Source of the DNA: Octopus bimaculoides
Lineage: Eukaryota
NCBI RefSeq assembly: GCF_001194135.2
Contig: NC_068992.1
Coordinates: 18,117,844-18,181,843 of the forward strand
Direction: 5' to 3'
Length of the DNA: 64,000 bases
Shown here: in pieces, positions 55,631-64,000 of the stretch
Layout: each line of letters starts with the position of its first letter
Position numbering within the stretch: position 1 is the first letter of the stretch
Program-made: the position numbers and the translations under genes
Notes under the pieces: model-generated
The model's input: only the letters and a program-made list of their open reading frames with translations
Told to the model about the DNA's origin: nothing
Databases searched by the model: none

Positions 55631-55852
55631 ACCGTAATCCCTCGCCATATCACGGTTCACCTACCGCGGTTCATCAATCACGGTTCACCTATCGCGGTTT
55701 ATTATTTAAGCTTACATCGATTCTTCCGTGGTGTTGTTTTGCATTTATAATAAAATAAATATATACAAATTATATAATTTTTTTAATATACAGCACAGCA
55801 CTCATTCTACTTCTTTAGAACGCAACACCCGCGATAATCGAGGGATTACTGT
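55631..55852 (-). mobile_element. Tigger/pogo-like MITE (second copy)
   Basis: taccgtaatccctcgccatatc...gataatcgagggattactgta; TA flanks; inverse of 25061-25250. Confidence 0.8.
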
Positions 55853-56299
55853 ATATGGTGAGAATTTACAAAAAAAAAAAGACAAAGACGGGTGTGTAAA
55901 CAACAAACGGATGTATTATTTGAACGCTCGGGTTTTGAGAAAGTCTTTTATGTTTCGAGCCTACGCTCTTCGACAGAAAGGAACACAGAAATAAACAGGG
56001 AGAGAAAATAGAAAAAGGTTTAGTGGCTAGCGATTACTGTATATGGGTGTGTGTGTGATCATCAGTGGGCATAGTGAAACATGCACGCGTGTGTGTATGT
56101 TTATATGTGTATGTGTGTTTGCGCATATTCTTCTGCGTATTCGTTGACGTGGAAGTGCGTGTGTTCCACCATTTCTGGAGCCTATGTTTATATTCCTGCG
56201 TGTTTGTTCATTTGTGTGCATAGTGAAACATACAGGTGTGTGTATGTCTCTATACATGTGGCAGTATGTGTGTTTGCATGTGTGTGTGGTTATATTGTG

Positions 56300-56465
56300 T
56301 GTGTGGTTACGGGGATGAGTGATCCAGCTGATCCGATGAAATGGAACGTTCAGCCTCGGGAAATCGCCATACAAGTGGCTGAGTACTACACAGACACCTA
56401 TATACTTAAGGAAGTCCTCAGGGAGATCCAGTGTGACATAAAATGTGCGGGGAATTGAACTCACA
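56300..56465 (-). mobile_element. Old SINE family A fragment
   Basis: gatccagctgatccgatgaaatggaac...caagtggctgagtactacacagacac. Confidence 0.65.
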
Positions 56466-57316
56466 ATCTTACACACATACACGCACACACACACCCACAC
56501 ACACCCACACACACACACACACACACATACGCACGCGCACGCACACGTGCACATATATATGCGTATAAAGATATGAATATTTGTATATATATTTGTATAT
56601 ATATTTGTGTATGCGTGTGTTTGTGTATATATATATNNNNNNNNNNNNNNNNNNNNNNNNNNNNNNNNNNNNNNNNNNNNNNNNNNNNNNNNNNNNNNNN
56701 NNNNNNNNNNNNNNNNNNNNNNNNNNNNNNNNNNNNNNNNNNNNNNNNNNNNNNNNNNNNNNNNNNNNNNNNNNNNNNNNNNNNNNNNNNNNNNNNNNNN
56801 NNNNNNNNNNNNNNNNNNNNNNNNNNNNNNNNNNNNNNNNNNNNNNNNNNNNNNNNNNNNNNNNNNNNNNNNNNNNNNNNNNNNNNNNNNNNNNNNNNNN
56901 NNNNNNNNNNNNNNNNNNNNNNNNNNNNNNNNNNNNNNNNNNNNNNNNNNNNNNNNNNNNNNNNNNNNNNNNNNNNNNNNNNNNNNNNNNNNNNNNNNNN
57001 NNNNNNNNNNNNNNNNNNNNNNNNNNNNNNNNNNNNNNNNNNNNNNNNNNNNNNNNNNNNNNNNNNNNNNNNNNNNNNNNNNNNNNNNNNNNNNNNNNNN
57101 NNNNNNNNNNNNNNNNNNNNNNNNNNNNNNNNNNNNNNNNNNNNNNNNNNNNNNNNNNNNNNNNNNNNNNNNNNNNNNNNNNNNNNNNNNNNNNNNNNNN
57201 NNNNNNNNNNNNNNNNNNNNNNNNNNNNNNNNNNNNNNNNNNNNNNNNNNNNNNNNNNNNNNNNNNNNNNNNNNNNNNNNNNNNNNNTAACCTGATTATA
57301 ATATTAATATTAAATT

Positions 57317-57698
57317 GGCTGGAACTCCGTCGGTTACGACGACGAGGGTTCCAGTTGATCCGATCAACGGAACAACCTGCTCGTGAAATTAACGTGCAAG
57401 TAGCTGAGCACTCCACAGACACGTGTACCCTTAATGCAGTTCTCGGGGATATTCAGCGTGACACAGTGTGACAAAGCTGGCCCTTTGAATTACAGGCACA
57501 AGAGAAACAGGAAGTAAGAGTGAGAGAAAGTTGTGGTGAAAGAGTACAGCAGGGTTCGCCACCACACCCTGCCGGAGCCTCGTGGAGCTTTAGATGTTTA
57601 CACTCAGTAAACACTCACAACGCCCGGTCTGGGAATCGAAACCGCGATCCTACGACCGCGAGTCCGCTGCCCTAACCACTGGGCCATTGCGCCTCCAC
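57317..57698 (-). mobile_element. Full-length, young SINE family A with perfect 12-bp TSD
   Basis: taatattaaatt at 57305-57316 and 57699-57710. Confidence 0.93.
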
Positions 57699-59059
57699 TA
57701 ATATTAAATTATCTTATATTAAACAGTCGAGAACATATATAGCTTTCTTAATGAAACGAGTTACAGATTTCTGTAAGAAATATTTAACTCCTTATAATCT
57801 GAAATACAACAAGGTGACGCATAGGAACGAAATCGTTCCTTCCCATGTTCTCGGACTGCATAAACTAGCCCTACATCCGACGCTTTTGCTACGTATACTT
57901 TATAGCATCCGTTACTTACAGTATACACTCGTGCCATACGCTTAACATATTTATATATATATGGCTTACTGACTATGAAAGCATATTTTGTGTTGCATCA
58001 AAGGTAATTCACAATAGATAACGAATAATGACAAATGCTTTTGGTCGCATTGTATGAAAGCTAAATGCTAAGGGCAATTCAAATATACAAAATATAATGA
58101 ACCAAAGAACATTTATTGAATATGTATTCACCAACCTTATAGTTCACCAAATCGTGTAGAATCCAGGGCCCGCTCTTCAATATCGCAAAACAAATTCCTT
58201 TCTAGATTATCGTCATTATTCTTGACACCACAAATACTCAAAGAAATCCATGAAACTGATATTCACATTGTGTTTACCTTGAAACCTTGAGTTGTTATTA
58301 TTCCACTGTTATTTCTTCGTTGAGACAATAGAACTTTATGCGTTAATAAAATTAAATTGTCTTGAAATCCTACCGAAAGAGAAATTAAAATTTATCGCTC
58401 CGGTGCTCAGAATAATAATTACTAAAACACATTGAGATTCATTAGGTTATATTCATCTTTTACAGAAAATAGCCTCCTGTTCTGTAAATTAGTAATAATC
58501 TTCATCTTTAACGTATGAAGAAGTTGCAGTTTACTATTTATCATAAAATATTTAGCCTCTTGTTTCCGTGGACTACGTGTTCTGTCAGAAATCTGAAATA
58601 CATTTTCAATTTGGTGGTTATTTACACATTACATATAGAGGCAAGTTTTACAGGGAGGATTGTGACATCGATCTCAATTCATCTTTTCTGAAGGACAAAA
58701 AATAATTGCCATCTCTGATGCATTTGAATTCGTAATATAGACCTAGTTACAGTAATTATAAAATTACGTACTTATTGAAATTCTTAAAACTGCATATACA
58801 TGAGTTTTTAATTACAGGTTTCCTATATCAGTAGGGGACTGTGCATATTTTAGGATAGGAATCGCTCAGTATATCGATAGCAGTGCATGACAGATATTCA
58901 TTCCTTTGCGGAAGATCGAAAGGCGAAGTCATTTCAATTATCTGAATTTAGGAACTATTTTAACATAATCTTATATTCGCAATACATCTGTTAGCGTTGT
59001 GAAAAATGTTTGAAAACCAACTCCTTTAAAGTCTTGTAATTATTGATTTCACATTTAGG

Positions 59060-59883
59060 CACAAGGCCAGCAATGCTAGGACGGGGTGAAGGAAGATGAC
59101 CTCATTGTTCAACTGATACTATTTTATCGAACCTGTAAGGTTAAAAGGCAAAAAAAACAAAAAAACGACCTCTCAAAACATAAGCATTTTGCCCAGCGTG
59201 TTAACGATGCGGCCAGATCACCGCCTTAAATCTTGTAATCATTAGCCAAAGCTGCAGGAGAATAAACCCCAGGCATATAACGTTCCAACGCCTGTAAAAA
59301 CAATGAATGTTCACATTTATTAGAAACTCAATACGCTTACGAAACACGAGGACTAAATGTGACTATCATATTTACTCATCCACAGTATTTTAGTTTTGTG
59401 CTCGGCAAGCTTTCCTTACCAGCTGCTTCCGATGGTTCACATAACAATTTTATAACAATATTTATCTGACCGAGGAGAGAGTATCTCCGATCAAATTGCT
59501 AATAAATTTAAATAATTATAGGAATTCATTGGTATTCATTTTTAAAATAGCTTTCTCTGTGAAAATCTTTCAAATTGGTCTGCATAGAAGAATTTTTAGA
59601 ATCACACTTAATGTTAAATCACAGTTAATGAATATTCATAAATCAAATGAAACCTGCAAATTTTCTCCCAGTAGAATATTTTATAAGGTTTTCGTAGAAG
59701 AACATTATTTATTTTACTTTCAAGAATAATTCAATATGTCTCTGCAAATTTGGTATGAGATAATGAAGAGAGCAAAATTCAGCTTACAGAGTAAAATTGG
59801 AAGCAACGAAACGATGCAATGACCATTATTATAGTCATAAACGACAGCCATTTTCGTTGTTGTGTCATTGAAGAATACTGCAG

Positions 59884-59949
<66 letters not shown>

Positions 59950-60110
59950 ATAATAATAATAATAATAATGATAATAATAATCATTTCTACTCTAGGCACA
60001 AGGCCTGAAATTTGGGTGGGAGAGGGGTTAAAGTAAATCACATCGACCCTCCACTACTTAACTGGTACTTAATTTATGGACCCCGAANNNNNNNNNNAAG
60101 AATACTGCAG

Positions 60111-60149
<39 letters not shown>

Positions 60150-60282
60150 ATAATAATAATAATAATAATAATAACAATAATCCTTTCTAGTGGAAGCACA
60201 AGGCCTAAAATTTTGGGGAAGGATTTAGCAATTCGCTCGGCGTGCTAACGATTCTGCCAGCACGCTGCCTTAGTAGTAGTAG

Positions 60283-60314
<32 letters not shown>

Positions 60315-60620
60315 ACTACAACAAAATAATAGTAATTTCAAATTTTTGCCACAAGGCCGGCTTCCGGGTGGGGATTAAGTCGATTACATTAGCCCTTGTG
60401 CATAACAGGTACTTATTTAATCGACCCCGAAAGGAGGAAATGCAAAGTCGACCACGGCGGAATTTGAACTCAGAGCGTAGCGACGGGCGAAATACCGCTA
60501 AGCATATCGCCCGGCGTGCTAACGAGACTGCCAGCTCAACGTATTAATAATAGTAATTGTAATAATAATACTAATAATAATCCTTTCTACTGAAGGCACA
60601 AGGCCATGCAGTTTTGGAGG
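59060..60620 (-). mobile_element. Cluster of family B SINE fragments with expanded (CTA)n/(ATA)n tails
   Basis: Repeated ttctact..aggcacaaggcc tails, and cores at ~59060, 59985, 60182, 60335 and 60582. Confidence 0.8.
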
Positions 60621-60667
60621 AGGGGTACTAGGAGGCAATAAACTAGATACTAGGAAGCATCAAACTA

Positions 60668-60770
60668 GATACGATACAACACACACAAATGAAAGAGAAA
60701 ATAAGAAAAGAATACTATAGACGTGTTAGACTAATACCGAAAACAGATCTCAATGCGAAAAACAAGATAA
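60668..60770 (+). mobile_element. Dong/R4-clade LINE internal fragment (post-RT region)
   Basis: DTIQHTQMKEKIRKEYYRRVRLIPKTDLNAKNKII resembles the R4/Dong thumb-region consensus as I recall it. Confidence 0.75.
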
Positions 60771-60789
60771 TAGTACTCAGCTACAGACC

Positions 60790-61680
60790 GATAGTATTGC
60801 AATACTGTTTCGACTCTCTTCACGCATCTCAGGCCTGATGCGGTGCGTGTTTTTATGCCTGTAAACGTTGACTTGGACAGATAATACCCCATCTAAAATT
60901 TCCTGTGTAGCATTGCCAGTGTAGCACTGCCAAAAGACTTTTGAGAGTTGTCAACTCTTTCGACCTGAATGTGCTACAGTAGCGGATGCTTATAACACTC
61001 GTACTCTTAACTGATCCTCTGAAGTAATTTGGATCTGCTTTCCTGCCGACGAGCTTGTCTAGCCGGTATAGTTGAGAGAGCGTTTACCAACGTTCTACAC
61101 ACCAGTTGCCAAAACTCTGAATACACTTGACTCATGATTATAGCTTGGTCAGATTTATGAGCTGCAAAAAGACCTATCTTACGAAAGATCCTCAAACTAG
61201 TTCAGATTCGCTTATCTTCCTCACCGTCAGCATCTCAGTAGTGTAGACATTTTCGTATGTTTGCATATGCGTCAGTGACAGAAAGTGCCAACACATCATC
61301 AGGGACGGCATCTCGAGATTATCCGCTGGTAGCAAATTGGCATCATAACGCAGGACTTGTCTATACAATGAGAAATGGAAAAGATTGTGCTCTCGTCATG
61401 TCAACGTTTCTTGGTACATTTTACTACGGTTCACGTGGTAGTACTCTACTATTGCAATGTATGCATAAACTACTTCTGCCTCATTTTTCTGGGACAATTT
61501 CTTCTTGACCCAATTCTAAGTGAGGTTGACCACCTTGTTAGCGACCGCTTTCCAGTTCCTATCCACCTGAAGGTCTGTCCCGAACCGGATTTTGAGCACA
61601 TTCACCGATTCCTCGGTCCAACAGCAAAAATCTCCACTGCTCATTCGAATAATGTTTAGCTGCAAACCCACTGATTTGCC
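60790..61680 (-). mobile_element. Decayed L1/Tx1-clade LINE ORF2 C-terminal region
   Basis: WTEESVNVLKIRFGTDLQVDRNWKAVANKVVNLT*NWVKKKLSQKNEAEVVYAYIAIVEYY...LF.F...LEMPSLMM matches the Tx1-type pattern W.RKLSLKGRAEV/GGLGMP; many stops. Confidence 0.75.
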
Positions 61681-63412
61681 CTTCCTTATGTGCGCTCTTA
61701 CTATCCTTTTACTATAAGATCAATCTTTTCTATACAGAAAATATCCGACCTTGTGACACTGACGTCGTCCGGGGTTGCAAACAAAGGTTCTCCTTCAGTT
61801 CAGTTCGAGCTACAGAAAAATTCGTAAAATGACCTTTAAATATTTATATGAAAGATCGAAATAAATAGTGAAATAAATTTAAAATATGTAATTACTTTTA
61901 AACTTTTCTAAGAAAATTCCAAAGTTATAAAATATTGAAACGTAAAAGTCATTTGATTTATTTTCCTTCATAAACGTAAATAAAATTTCCTTCTTTTGTT
62001 TCAAATTATAATTGTCACAACAACATTATTAGAAAGGGAGAAGAGACAAATAAGTAAAATCTAAATTCAAGAAAAGTTTGATATGAAGTGGAATAAAAGA
62101 TGGCCAGAGAGAATGAAAGGTATGGTTTTGATTGAAGATGGTGTTCCAAATAATAAAGATAAATAATTTTACTCAGATATTAAACAGTTGGAAATTTAGG
62201 AATTTTACTGTCATGAAAAAATATATTTGAAAGTGTTCTTAGGGTTTTGGTTACATGCATAGATATACTTTCACTTGTAATTGCATCATTTACAAACATA
62301 CAAACATACATACACGCACACATGTACAATCTCATATATACACACACAAAAACACACAAACACACACACACGGGACTATACTATATTGTATTAGATCCTA
62401 TTTATTATATTATATTATATTATATTATGTTATATATGATTTAATGATACAATATAATCAACCAGAATATCGTTGAATGTAAATCAGGAACTGCTATCAG
62501 GCACATAATTGAACAATTGTCAGGTAATTTCCTGATTTAATGTTGACTAATCTAACCTTTGAAAGGGGAGTAGAGGTCGTTAATCCTCTCTTTAGATTAT
62601 CGGAAGTATATCAATTAATATCTCATGCATGGGACTATATTGAGTGCAATAAGCTTGACAAATAATTGTTTGTAATCCAATTTAACACGAAATAAAGAGG
62701 CAAAATTTGTGATGAGTTACCTGCTGTAAAGAATAAAGTCCAGAAATGGCTAAAATAGCAGCCAACGTCTACTTAAAATCACGTACCGGTGAAGAAAAAA
62801 GAGTTTTCTAGAGCAATGAACCCCTTTTTTAGATGTATATCCTCACTGATCCCTAAGTATGAAATGCCTCACTCATCAAGACGCCTATTCTTTAAATATT
62901 CAAGATCAACAACATCATATTATTGAAATAGTTAAAGCGTCCGAAAAGTGACCAGCATTTGTTCTGTATTCATATCTAATCGTGGTCAGCCTTGCCTTTC
63001 ATCATGCTGCGATCGATAAAATAGAGTACCACCTTAGTATTGGAATCGATGATATTGTGTAGACTCACTTCTCTCAAATTTTCCGGCCTTGTACCTAAAT
63101 CAAAAATCATTAATTAACAACAAATTCTCCTGACGTTGTTTGACTTGATATTTGCCAATAACGAGTAAGTATATAACGAGTAACTGCTGTCGACTAAAAT
63201 TGAACGCCGGTCACACATCCCAATGTCGGAACCTCTGCACTATGGGACGACAAAGTTTGTAAACTGTATGCAGAGTATACAAAGAGTTAGTGAATTGCCC
63301 AAACAACACATATATAATCCCGAGGTTCTAATTTGTAAGAGAAACAAATATTTTTTTGCTAAAGGATATCTACACTGTGGACGTAAGAATCTATAAGCGT
63401 TAGAATATATAC

Positions 63413-63495
63413 CTACGGCTTTGACATCTTGTCCGTTCAACAAATATATTTCACTTCTCCTCATCCCCCTGCAGTGTAATGTTCTGTACACTTCA
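63413..63495 (-). other. Candidate 83-nt exon (EVYRTLHCRGMRRSEIYLLNGQDVKAV)
   Basis: Acceptor tttcctttccattgctgttcag, donor TAG|GTATAT, one open frame; no homology recognised. Confidence 0.25.
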
Positions 63496-63569
63496 CTGAA
63501 CAGCAATGGAAAGGAAATCGATATTCCAGATCAATACATACGCATACAATGCGTGTGCCCGTACGAGTT

Positions 63570-63680
63570 TCTATGTATGCATATGTATGTATGAATGTGT
63601 GTGTATATATATACATATATATATATATATAAGTGCGTGAGTGTGTGTATGTATGTGCTTCTCTCTCTCTCTCTCTATCT

Positions 63681-63732
<52 letters not shown>

Positions 63733-64000
63733 GATGAAGTCTTCATGTTTTTGTAGTCTACCTAAGCTGCACACACAGCCAACATATATACACATATATG
63801 AAAACGAAATTACTTTTGGTGGAAAGCCATTGTAAGTGGAAGTTAGCTCCTCCGTATCTCCTTCGGGGATAGAAATGAGTTTGGGTGCGTCATTTCTGCG
63901 TGTTAGGCAGTACAGAGAGAGAGACACACACACACACACACATACACACACACACACACACACACATACACATACACACACACGGACATATACATGCACA
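63570..64000. repeat. (TA)n, (CT)n and (CA)n microsatellites
   Basis: Direct sequence. Confidence 0.9.

Noticed and set aside
59871-60200. Duplicated aagaatactgcagctactac...(aat)n either side of a 10-N gap
   Set aside because: The second copy starts exactly at a gap, so an assembly or haplotype artefact is likely.

Overview
AT-rich animal genomic DNA with many N gaps, most of them flanked by microsatellites. The repeat families look like those of Octopus (probably the fragmented O. bimaculoides assembly; recognised from memory, not searched). I cannot support any intact protein-coding gene: every long ORF in the track is an artefact of N runs or simple repeats. The window reads as a large intron or intergenic region. 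It contains at least five tRNA-headed SINE families (labelled A-E here, >35 copies, three with clear TSDs), relics of Dong/R4 and L1/Tx1 non-LTR retrotransposons, a decayed hAT (SPIN/Buster/GTF2IRD2-like) transposase, mariner, Tigger-like and hAT MITEs, and dense microsatellites. A few isolated exon candidates exist; the best is + 45357-45472. The most notable observations are: (1) a Dong/R4 3' end inserted into the internal (AAT)n tract of a SINE; (2) the same SINE-dimer junction at two loci, carrying a tail homologous to the L1/Tx1 LINE 3' end; (3) a SINE with a degenerate hammerhead-ribozyme/Penelope-like tail; (4) a perfect 44-bp hairpin at the window start and a ~284-nt fold-back at 36.9-37.2 kb. 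I see no convincing evidence of a novel multi-gene system.
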